A DNA stretch of 63,434 bases, filler included, from Lenisia limosa (lineage: Eukaryota > Protista > Breviatea), in assembly GCA_001655205.1 (NCBI GenBank). It is 11 parts of 11 records of this genome, joined end to end, with 100 filler letters (N's around TTAATTAATTAA, not from the genome) between each part and the next. Parts side by side here need not be neighbours in the genome. Positions count along the whole stretch, not along the records: positions 1 to 10,053 come from LPNZ01003978.1; positions 10,154 to 11,591 come from LPNZ01003735.1; 9 more parts are not named here. The stretch is one strand, 5' to 3'. Below are positions 1 through 11,691 of this stretch, one piece after another. Position 1 is the stretch's first letter; each line of letters begins with the position of its first letter. The notes under the pieces were generated by a model that worked only from the letters and a program-made list of their open reading frames with translations, was not told the DNA's origin and searched no databases. Both the position numbers and the translations under genes were made by a program.

Positions 1-125
1 CCTCCCCACCCCCAGCCCTTGCCCTCCTCATCCCCAGCCATTTGACCTCTCTCCATAATCCTCATACAAAACAGCAGAGGATTTAATCTACACTGGCTTT
101 AGTTTGCTATTTTTACGGTTTTTAG

Positions 126-3100
126 GGTGATGCAGCTTTGGTTGACATGCTTGCTACTGCCTCACATGAGGCTGACAGGTTTGGAAGGATTATCGAATAA
201 AAAAACTCATTGGCATATATGCCACGTATAAATCACAAGATTTCTAAGCCACAACATAAGGTGTTGAATGCAAAAAGGGCTTATTTGTGGGCAACTCTTC
301 ATGCAAACATGAAACGGACGGCTTTGGCATTCACTAGTGGAAATGCGTTGATATTTTGACTCAAAACTCGGTGTCGGTGGATTTGGGGCATTTCCAAGGC
401 ACGCAGAAAGCTGTGTGTACAAAGCTGCAAGGTTAAATGATTGGTTGCCTGAGTATTACACAGACCCTTTTGTTTTATTTCTCATCTCTATTATACTAGA
501 TTGAAATGAGAAATAAAATCAAGCAACATATAGTATATGTACATGTATAAATTATTGACGTTCCAGAGTGCGCGAAGAAATGGAAAGTGAGGTTGTTGCT
601 GCACAGACAGAAATGCTGCAAGCCAGGGTAGGGACCAATTGCGGTCTTAGTTGAACGACTTCATAAATTCATCCCTCTGTTGAGTGCATTTCATAAACCG
701 AAGCATCTTCGGTCCTAGTTTCAATAGAGACTTTCCCCACAAATAACAGCATCTTCACTCCATCGTTTCATTGGCTACACCTCTCAATTGTATCTTGTTT
801 AAGTTCATGACCTTCTACTGAACCACACTCCCTACGCACACATCACAATAATGCTGTTTATGATGCTTATATGGGCCCTTTGTGGTCCCCATTGTAATTC
901 TTAATCTAATACTGATATAATCCTGCAGAATTATGATGACACGGTAACACCTAATGTTTTAATGTTTATTTTCCTCTCATGAATAATCGGACTGATTCTG
1001 TAGACGGATAAACAGAGGGCCGAGAACATGGTTGCCCTTGCAGAGGCACGGGCCGTGGAGATGGAAAGTGGGCTTGCTGTTTATTGGTTGTTTCGAATTT
1101 CATTATGGTATATTACTATATGATAGAAGGTAGAACCATTTGTTGTTGCCACTCATTCTCGGATTCTCAAGATACAGTCTATCTGTTTCTCATTTCTTCC
1201 CACTTTTTCCATTTCCATCTCATTGTTCTCAAGGCCGAGTATCTGAGCTTGAGAAGGAGCTTCTGTCAGTACACTCCGAGGTTTGCTCTTGTCAATATGA
1301 TGACGACCTCGGCCAGATACAACCTTGTTTTTTTTTTTTCTCATTGCGCTTTATGCTATGCTATATATATAGTGACCGGGATAAGTCTTGACCGATTTTC
1401 CACGTAATTTCCCAGGGAAAATCGGTCAAGATTTATCTTGGTCATTCTATATCATATATAATATCAGTTATCCATATCAACGCGTTTTGTTGAAGCCATG
1501 CGGATTGGAATATTTATGAAACAAGGGGGGGGGGGGCAATATGATTCTAATTTAAACGAGAATCCGTNNNNNNNNNNNNNNNNNNNNNNNNNNNNNNNNN
1601 NNNNNNNNNNNNNNNNNNNNNNNNNNNNNNNNNNNNNNNNNNNNNNNNNNNNNNNNNNNNNNNNNNNNNNNNNNNNNNNGTTTGCTTCATAAATTGTACA
1701 TCCCACCACCTCCAACCCTTTAGGCGGCTGAGCTCAACGCCACAGTTCAGGAGGCCGCACTAGCACGTGACCAGGCTACTGCTGGTTTGGGGGTGGGGGG
1801 TAAAACGAAGGAAATAGTGAAGAATTGTTTTTTATTTTTTGTTGGGCGGAGGTGTGTACGATTTGACTGCCGAAAAATATCGAGCTTATCGAGACTTTAT
1901 CGAGAAATATATTATTCTTGAGGCCCAAAGCAATCAATTTTTCATAATCTTCAGTTGCTTGGGGCTGAGAGGAAGAATGATTCTACGTTATTCCATACTT
2001 CCCTTTTGTAACAGAAAAAGATATTTGACCACCCGAAGTCCATTTATCGGTTCAGAAGCGGCGGCGGCGGCAGTGGAGAACTCCCGAATCCTGCAGGTGT
2101 CGGAAGCGGAACAATGGGCAGCCGTCGGCATGGCCCAGAACTACGGTTTGCAGGGCTTCGTGATATTAATTGGATTCAAGCTTCTTGAGAACCTTTAGTA
2201 GATTGTTTTGAGGAAACTGTATTTCTTCTGCAACATCTACTAAAGCATCACATTGGGTTCTCAAAATATATCTATACAGTTAGATATCCGATTTATTTGT
2301 TTTATTCTCGGGAGTACATGCTTGATGTTGACACATTTGAACTCTTGAAATTGCTTACATCCCCAATTGGTACCTGGAAGCACCCCTCATCCTACAGAGT
2401 CTGTAGTTGAGGACTTGGTCCAAGTCAAGGCTGAGATGAGCCAGAAAGACCACGACATCCAAGCGGCTGAGTCAAGAGCATCGGAACATCGACAGATCGT
2501 AAGCTGGGTATTTGAGTCATCACCGTCAGATCGTAGGCTGTGAATTATTGGCTAAATGTGATATCGTATGTTGGATAGGTCCCTACTCTCTTCCCCTACT
2601 TCCCTTCTTATGTTTATCAACAGCTTTGAATATCTCAGAGTGATATGATGGGGTTTGAAGAGAATTCCGTAAAATGGATTTAAGCAGGCATTTTTATGGA
2701 GGACTTATCGAGAGATCTTCAAGACCTCAGGAATCAGTGCACTCTTGGCTTATTAAGCTGTCTTTCAGATACTCCCTATGATCTAATAATTCAGGCTGCA
2801 GTTCTAGATGGACAAGTCACGGCTCTCACAAAGGAGAGGGACACGTGGAAGGAAACAGCCGAGGACCTTGTGAACAAAGTAGGGTGACAGCGGCAAAAAA
2901 TAAATTAGTGGAATATATTTTAACGAAAACTCCATTTCATACTCTTTATTTAAAATTTTTTTAAAAATTTCCTCAAAAAATCAATTGCAGGTAGTCCAGA
3001 CCTTACGCATCTCTTCTAACCCCCGTAGTCCTTACATGACAATTCGCAACAAATCGATAGCCAATCCTTCAATGGTTTGCTGGTTTTGTACTTTGTCTTG

Positions 3101-3729
3101 CCAATATCGTATATTCTGGACGGTAACCTCGTTATTTCGATCTCTATGATCATGTAATGAGCCACAAATCACTTCTACTGCACCTTATAACCAGCACTTC
3201 AACTGCACATTATTCCCACTGATTTTGTTACGAAAAAGGAGAAGACGTCGCCCCTCCGAACCTCGATTTCTCAACTATGTCTTGCCCCGGAGGTTTGTTG
3301 TGAATTAGACTTAGATCATATCAATAAGTATAGAGGGACCGTTCGGGTACACAAAATTTACTTAAAGTTACGCAAATTTGAGTCAAAAAATTTTGTAGAC
3401 AATTTTATATTTTTTAAAATTCCTACTCAGGAGGAGGTACTTATCGTAAATTTCGTAAATTTTTGGGAACCCGAATGCGATCTTTAATTATACGTAAACT
3501 ATGTAAAATTCGTGTACCCGTTCTAAGACTTTTAACTTCCGTTTTTTTTTTGTTTTTCTTCATACTTTTCAAATGAGCCTATTAACTGGTTAGGCTTGAA
3601 TGCTGAGGAAGCCTCCCACCTGAAAGACGAAAGAGACTTATTGGTTCAGCAACTTGTTGCTTTGAAAAAGTAGGCTCCCAAGTTTTCCAGTTACTCTCCA
3701 GACAATACCTCACTGATCTGAGATCCTGA
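126..3729 (+). CDS. Multi-exon coiled-coil protein, 5' partial
   Basis: GT-AG exons join in frame: GDAALVDMLATASHEADR-VREEMESEVVAAQTEMLQAR, RVSELEKELLSVHSE, LTKERDTWKETAEDLVNK, EEASHLKDERDLLVQQLVALKK; TGA at 3727-3729. E/K/Q/L-rich heptad character; family not recognised. Confidence 0.6.
3343..3522. mobile_element. Putative MITE
   Basis: Terminal IR CGGGTACACAAAATTT / AAAATTCGTGTACCCG (1 mismatch), AT-rich interior, intronic. Confidence 0.5.
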
Positions 3730-3860
3730 GCCGAACCAAGCCATGGTGTTATCTTCGGTAATCAATAAATAAATGTAAGGAATGAGTACCACCACAGGGT
3801 CAAATCACCATCATGGAACACCCGAAGCAATTAACGGTCCGCTTACCAGACAACTCCTCC

Positions 3861-5739
3861 CTAACTTAAGTCCCTTGCCAAGCCGAAGCCGAGAGCCAAC
3901 GTCCACACTGCCCGGTCAACTGCGAGGCCTTTTCGGACCATTTCTGTCGTGTAAGAAACATGGCTAAAAGGCGAAAGTGAGAAGGAAGTAAAAAAATATG
4001 GTTAAAAAGAGATGGTGAAACAATTAAGAAATATGGCTAAGAGAGAGCAATGTGAGATGTAAGTAAGAAGCAAACTGTCAAAAGACATCACAGAACTTTA
4101 ATCACCCAAAAATACATGCATCCTGGAGAAGTCCCACTCACTTTCGAGAGTTTCTTTCAGCTTTGTCATTTGGATGGTCATCATCTGCGTTGTCACAATA
4201 ATGTTCAGGAGAGAAACCTTCATTAACTTCACTTGGCCACAGCCCCTTATCCCCTCCCTCCCCAATATCCTCATCATCATCGCCACACGTTGATTTGGGC
4301 TTTTTTTTTTTATAAATTTTATTCCCCACACCTCAATATCCTCATCATCATCCTGCTGGCTCTCGCCGCGCTGTGTAACGTTTACCACTGAGAACCCGCA
4401 CGTTTCATTGGTTACTCCTACCAAAGAAGTTAGCATGGCACAACAAGGGCTTCATTTCGATTCGAAAAAGCCCGTTAAAATATCGATAGTTTGAGGATTT
4501 ATGGAAAAATTCAATCTTTTTTCGAACCGAAACGTATGGCTACAATAAAGATAGATGTGACGCAGGTATCATTTCACATCACGCCGCAGATGCCTGGGTC
4601 GTATCTTACCTGGTTCATAGTGTAGAATAGGGGACGACTGCGAGACCAAACCCGCCAATCCTAGAGAATTAGCCCCATCATGCGCATATTCAAAAAACAT
4701 AGCTCCGGGACCATAGGGAACCCCCTGACAGCTTGACACACCCATACCAAGTTCTTCTTTGAGCTCCCGCAACGCAGCCTGTTCCAATCCCTCACCCGCG
4801 TCAACTAGCCCTGAACTGATTAGCCAACAACCTATATAATATATATATATGGAATAAAAACTAAATAGGAAATTTTGTTGTGTTTTTCGTATACCAGAAA
4901 CCCATATCATATGGGGTAAGTATATGAGAGATATATATATATATATTGGAAGACCACCCTAAACCTCATCTCCATCCCATTAACACAGAGTAAACTGAAC
5001 CAACCCTTTGGGAACTCAACCGCAACAGAGTCGACAGGGCATCGATACTGTAACGCAAGCACAACAGCTAAATAAGATTACTGTTCCCGGTGTATCAACA
5101 GCTAAATAAGCACAACAGCTAAATAAGCACAACAGCTAAATAAACACAACAGCTAAATAAGCAAAACAACTAAATAAGCACAACAACTAAATAAGCACAG
5201 CAGCTAAATAAGATTAATATTCCCGGGTTTATCATAAGCCTATTCTAGTATTTTTTAGTTATTCAGTAACTGCAATCATTATTCTGGGTTTGAGGTGGAG
5301 GATAACCGTCATCAAACCTGGTCCTTCAGCTGTTTGAATAATGGGGATTGCTTCGGCCACTACAATATTAGCTTCGACTAATGGAGAAAAACAACAAGAT
5401 ACCAACTTGTTTTGTAAATGGCTACATATGAAAACAACAACAACATAAAAAAACAAAAAAAAAACAAAGAGCTGACCATGAGTATGACAGGGCAACCTGA
5501 AGTTATGAACACATTTTCTACTCCCCAAGCCATAAATACCATCAATGCCGTTTGAAGGGGTTGTTGTCAGCTCAAAAAACTCCCAATTAATTGACTAAAA
5601 ACTGAGACTTGATCATATGAAGAATAGTTCTGATACAATAGCGACAAAACACTACCGAATTTTTGGCGTTGATGAACTTTCGTGAACACAATCGAATCCA
5701 TTTTCCTTCCTTCAAGACAACCTTCTCCTCCTTTTGCAT
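3861..5739 (-). CDS. NUDT5: ADP-ribose pyrophosphatase-like Nudix hydrolase
   Basis: Exons: MQKEEKVVLKEGKWIRL, INWEFFELTT, VVLALQYRCPVDSVAVEFPKG, Nudix box GLVDAGEGLEQAALRELKEELG, SPILHYEPG, GLAVDRAVWTLALGF; motif order matches NUDT5. Confidence 0.88.
5060..5232 (-). repeat. 17-bp tandem repeat of the NUDT5 3' splice site
   Basis: Unit CTTATTTAG|CTGTTGTG; six full and one partial copy upstream of the real acceptor at 5068-5069. Confidence 0.9.
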
Positions 5740-6007
5740 TTTAGAGTTTTCAAGGAACAAGGCAAGGCGTGATTAAAGAGCTAATTTGGAATGAACACTA
5801 CTATAGGATTGGTTTTGAAGACTTGTCAGGATAGTTTTGTTTAAAATTCTTATATGGCTAACTGGGCCCTTATACTGCGGGGAAAGAGAGGGAAAGGGAG
5901 ACAAAGCGAATTTAGTGAATGACCGGAATATTCTATCATTCTTCTATCATTTCCTTTTTAACTATTTTTTTTTTTTTTTTCTCTTGTCTCATTTAATTAT
6001 ATTAATA

Positions 6008-6731
6008 ATGTCCGACGAACAGATTCTTGCTGATGTTAAGGAGTGTGCCAACAGCACCCAATCCAAGATCAATATGTTTGCAGGAACGGTCCCTTCTTCC
6101 GTAGAAGGACAAAGAAGAACAATTATTAATGAACAGGCGTGCTAAAGCTGACCTTTTTAGGGGTAATGCCGCCGATGGTTTGATGAATGCCCTTAAAATT
6201 GCTCCTACTAAGTCTAAAAATGATGAAGCCAAGGTAAGAAGGAGGAGTTTTGAACTTATTGTTATTTTTTTTTTTATGATTATTCCTTGGGTTCAGTTTC
6301 CGTTCAAGATATGCCGTTTTTTGGACTCATTTTAGTTTTTATTTACATTTTTTAGGAGATTCATTACAAGACCATTATGAGTTGCCTCATTGCCATCAAG
6401 GATGCTGAAGCTCCTAAGGTTGTTGAGAAGATGTCCAGTGAAGAGGTATGGAGGCATGTTTTCACTTTCCTGGAAACCAATTTTTCTCCCTGCCCCTCTC
6501 TCACTCTTCCCACGAGCTGATTGCTTAGAATTCATGAATAGCCATCAAAATGACGGTTTCCATTGGATAGTATTTACCCCCCTTCAGATTGACACCCTCC
6601 TCCAATACGTGTACCGTGGACTTGCTGCCGCTGAAGAAAGTGGCCGTATGCTGAAGTGGCACGCTGCTGCCGTCGCTAAGGCTGGTGTCGGCTCTATTGT
6701 CCGTGTTATGGTTGACAGATCACGCGCATAA
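6008..6731 (+). CDS. ARPC5: Arp2/3 complex subunit 5 (p16-Arc)
   Basis: 4 exons: GNAADGLMNALKIAPTKSKNDEAK, IDTLLQYVYRG, LKWHAAAVAKAGVGSIVRV (ARPC5 C-terminal signature GVGSIVRV). Confidence 0.93.
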
Positions 6732-6852
6732 GTGTCTTAGTTTGGGGCGTATTTATTTAGCTTGGGGGGCCAATGTATTCTTTCTTTTTTCCTTTAATTG
6801 AATGGAAGTCCATGTTTATAATAAATACCATGTATTGCCATCCAAAGACATT

Positions 6853-8859
6853 CTAAAGCTTCAAGGCTTGGAGCACAGCTTGGATTGCTGGGAATCAGAT
6901 ATTATAGATACTTACCCTTATATCTATGCGAGATAACATTCTTTTCTTCTTTGGGCATTTCTGCGTATGTCATTCCAGCACAGGCGCCTAGGAAGGGGTC
7001 AAAGGAGTCTTGAGACAATATGGTTTGGATAATTTAAACAAAGGAACATTTATGACCCTCTAACCTTCACTCGCTTCGAAAACGGGATCCCAACCAAACT
7101 TGTTGTCTCCCCTAGAACATCAGGAGCAAGACATACATTTACGAAACTTGTGATATGTTCATATAACCGATGTTCGAGTCGAAATTCCTGAGTGTCTCGG
7201 TTGGATGGTCACGAGTGCGTCCATTGAACACCCCCACATCAGCAGCACCGGATCTTTATGATGCAATGCAAAACAACATAGATGAAAAGGATAGTTCATA
7301 TTTGCATGATTGGGAAAAGGTGGATTGATGGCCAGAACTTGGGGGAGTAAAATTGGGAAATTTACGAAGCAAAAAAAAACCAAAATCAACTCTGTTGACT
7401 GACAACCCCTATGCACATAGGGGTTGATAACAACAAAACAAAGCCCAGGCCAGTTGCTTGCAGCACCGCATCCCATCACTCCAGTGTACCTTGGGGGGAC
7501 AATTCTACCTTGAGTTTTGCCTTGGAAAATCTGCACGTCCTTTCCAGGTTCCTAAAAGATTACCCCCACCAATGACAAATGCAAACCACATGAATATTAA
7601 AAATGAGTAATACAATAATTGGAAGACATGGCAAAAAAAACATGAAAGATAAAAGACTTCTCTCTTCAAAAAAACAAAACAAAAACAAACCTTGTACGCC
7701 ATTGTGCACACTGCTTCAGCTGTAGTGTCCCCAAACCCAACAAGCATCTTATTCAAACCTAAATCAGTTCACCAATGTTGGCAAACTACCAAGAAAATGT
7801 TGAGTATTAACACATTTGCAAAAGCAACAATGTAGTATATATACAGAAGAAGGACAATAGTTAGTAAACCAAAATGCCAAAATAGAGTTTTTTTATCACT
7901 TCACACTGCCAACCATCATGACCAAGTTTATCAAGGAACCATTTGCTACAAAAGGTAAGTGAAAGGTTTAACTCATAAAGAAGACCCCCTAGAACAAGTC
8001 TTTAACCAGCTCACATGTAGGGCCTAAACAAGTTAATACGCCGAGAGAAAGCTACACTCACCCCGGAAGACCATTCATTCCATGAAAACACAGACAGGTG
8101 TCCTCAACCAGGACTGGTCCGTCAATCTACAAGATGAGACATGTATGCATGGGGTGTTGCATGGGGATTCTCAGACGCAGTGCTTCTCTTCGTGTTTTTT
8201 TTTAAAAAAACCCTGTAACCCATCATTCCGGAAGATTTGCGAAGCTTTGTAATAAGTCAAGGCTATTCATTCAAAAATCAGACCTACCAAAAGTGTTCAT
8301 GGTTATTCAGTCAGTTGAGTTGCAAAGTATTCCCCATACCTCCTTCGAGGCAAGCAGACACTTCTCGCGGGCAATGTCTTCGATTTCACCTTGTAACTCG
8401 GGCACTGCCAAAGGTGATGATGGTAGCAAACAAAGAACTCATAACAAAGAGTGCCACATTAGAGGAGAAATGAATGACAGAATGCTGCAACTACCCAAAG
8501 TTATTCACACAAAGGCTATTAATGAAACTTAAATAATGTTTCACATATAATATGTGTATTTGGCTTTTGAAAATAGCGAATTATACTTTGCTTATTTTTT
8601 CTTCACAAGAGTCATCACAGTGCTCAAGGACACTTTGTATGTACTAGAAGTCCAATATATTGAATACTCCACCCTAACAGTCAACTGCTTTGTTCACAAT
8701 CGTGATTCCATGGGGCTCAAAAATTTCACGAGCTTCCCTTGCCTGTGATGATGAGAGAATAAAAAAGAGATATCTAACATCCAACAAGCACAACAAATAT
8801 CCCTTCTAAAGACAAACCTTATTCGGGTTTCCTGTAACCATACATAACTGTTTCACCAT
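6853..8859 (-). CDS. ITPA: Inosine triphosphate pyrophosphatase (HAM1 family)
   Basis: Exons: MVTGNPNK, LPELQGEIEDIAREKC, GPVLVEDTCLCFHGMNGLPG, GPYI, KWFLDKLG, QIFQGKTQGRIVPPR, FGWDPVF, TYAEMPKEEKNVISHRYKA. Confidence 0.95.
7338..7489 (-). repeat. Family D intronic element, starts at base 1 of an ITPA intron
   Basis: GTACACTGGAGTGATGGGATGCGG...CAACAGAGTTGATTTTGG(T)n...TTTTACTCCCCCAAG. Confidence 0.8.
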
Positions 8860-9025
8860 TTTAAAACAGAATACACACAATGAGACGGAATGCGGAATGG
8901 AAAAAAAATAATAATTGGTTACCAACAGAACAACATATGTGATCTGTGGATCAAGTGTTCCCTTTTCAATCTTTTTTGTTTTTTAACACACAGACTCACA
9001 GAATCTTCACAAACAAAGTGCAGAT

Positions 9026-9527
9026 ATGCTGTGTAAGCTTTTGTGTTTGTTGGCCTTTGTGGCTTTGGCCTCGGCCGAGATTTCTTCTCAGTTCAGCGCA
9101 GAAGCTGCGGTATGTGCTTGATAGTGGTTGTTTTATGATTCTAGGTGATGTCTTCAAGCATGGATATGGGCGGGATGACTATGGACATTGTTATGTAAGT
9201 TTGTTTCAGAAACGTGCATTTGACTATTTCTTTAGGGATGGCAAGTTCTATTATGACTATCCTAACCAAAAGGTCTGCTGTCAGTAATTTGTGTCAATTG
9301 AATTCTTACGATTTAGTCTCGCATGGACTTCACCCGTGTCCATCTCTCAATGGGAGGAGGAGGAGGAGGAGACGACCCAACTCCCTGGCGTGAAAGTATG
9401 CTATATCCTTATTCTGTCTTTTCCTCGGTCCAACTGCTAATGCTACAGATGCCAAGAACGTTCTTCAGAACGCCCGTCGTCAGCTTGCTGAGCATGATCT
9501 TGGAGCTATGAACGGAATTCGTGACAG
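9026..9527 (+). CDS. Secreted protein, possibly ependymin/EPDR-like fold; 3' end not found before gap
   Basis: Signal peptide MLCKLLCLLAFVALASA; five in-frame exons including DGKFYYDYPNQKSRMDF. Family call rests only on this motif. Confidence 0.55.
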
Positions 9528-10053
9528 GTGTGTGGCAGTAGTATGGATGACGTGTTACAAATGATTACAATTCAATTATGGTTGGAGTGGCAAGTTAGAT
9601 TTGTCTTGATTGGTTGGTTTGATTGTGTTTTTTTGACATATGGATGTGGTTCGGATGCTTCGATAAAAATTCTCAGATAGTGGGGGATTTTTCTCCCGTA
9701 GGTTGTTGCGGAAAAAAAGACCGAGTATCTCGATAAATCCTCGATAACTTTCGATAACTATCGATATTTTGACGGTCTTTTTCGGACTGCAGGGAAGCCC
9801 AAGTTATGATGTGCTGTTCCTGACGACTTATGGTCAATGTTGTATCAGAATTTAGCTGAATCACCCCCTTGCATTGCAGAAGCCACTGAGACTTGTTTGT
9901 TTGTTTTGTTGTCAATCCCCCCAGTTTTACTTGTTTGTTTTGTAGTTCTCAGTCCTTGTGTGTTTCTTTCTAGCCAATAGAGTTGATTTTGGGCCTTTTT
10001 TTTTGTTTCATAAGTCTTCCAATTTTACCCCCCCCTCCCCGCCCGACCAATTT

Positions 10054-10153
10054 NNNNNNNNNNNNNNNNNNNNNNNNNNNNNNNNNNNNNNNNNNNNTTA
10101 ATTAATTAANNNNNNNNNNNNNNNNNNNNNNNNNNNNNNNNNNNNNNNNNNNN
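10054..10153. other. Artificial scaffold linker (44N-TTAATTAATTAA-44N)
   Basis: Same 100-bp construct at 11592, 29247, 37011, 43528, 52756, 55063, 57476, 59973 and 61228; stops in all six frames. Confidence 0.97.
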
Positions 10154-10283
10154 CACTCCAGCGTAAGAAAAATTGGAGAATTAATGAAATAAAAAATAAA
10201 ATAAAATAAAACCAAAATCAACTCTGTTGACTAGGGAGGGGGGAGTAAACACTAATATTCCCCGTCATCAGATGACGCATGAT

Positions 10284-10372
10284 TAGGGCTTCCCTAAGAC
10301 TGAATTTCTCTATAAATTCTTGATAAATATTGCATTTTTTACCAGTCTTTTTTGGACTGCAGGGAAGCTCTC
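10284..10372. mobile_element. hAT-type MITE (family C)
   Basis: TAGGGCTTCCCT...AGGGAAGCTCTC; flanks cgcatgat/tgcatgat. Confidence 0.8.
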
Positions 10373-10435
10373 TGCATGATACAATCACCAACAACCAGCC
10401 AGCTTGCAGGAGTCCCCTACAAACAACCAGCCAAC

Positions 10436-11422
10436 TTGCAGGAGTCCCGCGACGTATTTTCCGGGGCTTGTCATATAGTGACAGTCGATGAGATTGACAC
10501 AACAGAGCTGAACAGTGAAAAGCTCAATATCCATGTCTGGACATATCATAGGCAGTGTTGATATTTTCATCAAAAATATAAGCATGATGGAAGGTATGGC
10601 TGTATGGTGAGGGTTACGGGTCATTCGCGGAAGCCCACTCTGTACCCCTTTTCCTCCAGGGTTTTGCAGATGCCTGTTGTTGACGATGAAAGGGTGAAGA
10701 GTTCTGACTGACCAGGAAGGTCGAAGATGACATAGTGGTCTGGGGAGTAAAATTGGAAGTTATGAAACAAAAAAAAAAGCCCAAAATCAACTCTGTTGGC
10801 TGACAGATAACAACAAAACAAACAAAGCCCAGTCGCTTCTGCAGCCCCGCATTCCGTATGGGGGGTGAGGTTCCAAAACAAACGGAATTCTCAATAAATC
10901 CTCGAAAACTATCGATAGTGTACAAGTCTTTCTCGTATCGTAGTGAAGCCCTTGCTGGGCAAAGCATAAAAAGGGACCACAAATCTCAGAATCAATGCTA
11001 CAATCCAGTATTATACCTTGGGCTTCCCTTCGGTCCAAAAAAGACAGGTAAAATATCGATATTTATCGAGGATTTATCGAAAAATATAGTCTTTTTTGGG
11101 ACCGAAGGGAAGCCCTAATAATACCCAACGTGAAAATGCAACGTATAAACATCCCAGCCCTTTCAGAACGTGCTAAGTTTTCTACACCTTAGCACTCGCA
11201 TGTTCTCTAGACTCCTTGGTGCGTGTTTTAAGACTTGGGCTCCAGTAAAATATCGATAATCTTCGAGGATTTATCGGTAAATTCAGTCTTTTTTCGAACC
11301 GAAGTGAAGCCCTATTCAAGACATGTCTAAAAAACCATGTCGCCCCAGACCTTTGTATTTGGCAAGCTGGTCTATGAGCCAGTTGGCGTTCGCGTTCAAA
11401 TAGTCCATACAGAATACCATTC
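10436..11422 (-). CDS. GPN2: GPN-loop GTPase 2, internal exons only
   Basis: GMVFCMDYLNANANWLIDQL, YVIFDLPGQSELFT, LCCVNLIDCHYMTSPGKYVA; both ends lost in flanking linker gaps. Confidence 0.85.
10740..10860 (-). repeat. Family D element ending exactly at a GPN2 acceptor
   Basis: ...CCAACAGAGTTGATTTTGGGC(T)nGTTTCATAACTTCCAATTTTACTCCCCAG|exon. Confidence 0.85.
11018..11117. mobile_element. hAT-type MITE (family C), best-preserved copy
   Basis: TIRs GGGCTTCCCTTCGGTCC / GGACCGAAGGGAAGCCC; core ATATCGAT..GAGGATTTATCGA; flanks attatacc/ataatacc. Confidence 0.85.
11235..11314. mobile_element. hAT-type MITE (family C), internally deleted
   Basis: Same core and right TIR; flanks tttaagac/ttcaagac. 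Confidence 0.8.
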
Positions 11423-11691
11423 CTGGGGCATGAGTATGGCGGATATTGTTGAAAGGAGAAAAGTTTATGAATGTATCAATTAACAACAGATTAGGCTATT
11501 ATCAATAATGTGGGGAAAAGGAGAACAATACGCATGGCCCCATGTGTTGAGGGAGGGAGTGTAACTGAAGCATGGCCCCATGTGTTGAGGGNNNNNNNNN
11601 NNNNNNNNNNNNNNNNNNNNNNNNNNNNNNNNNNNTTAATTAATTAANNNNNNNNNNNNNNNNNNNNNNNNNNNNNNNNNNNNNNNNNNNN

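Noticed and set aside
7165-7252. Cassette exon in the ITPA intron (SGAADVGVFNGR...)
   Set aside because: Inclusion would break the frame and interrupt GRIVPPR-GDNKFGWD; no homology recognised.
9470-9511. VVSLLSMILEL resembling the missing GPN2 segment
   Set aside because: Wrong strand, ends in a stop, and overlaps an exon of the secreted gene in another frame.
10098-10109. Recurrent TTAATTAATTAA palindrome
   Set aside because: Always centred in exactly 44+44 Ns; an assembly spacer, not biology.
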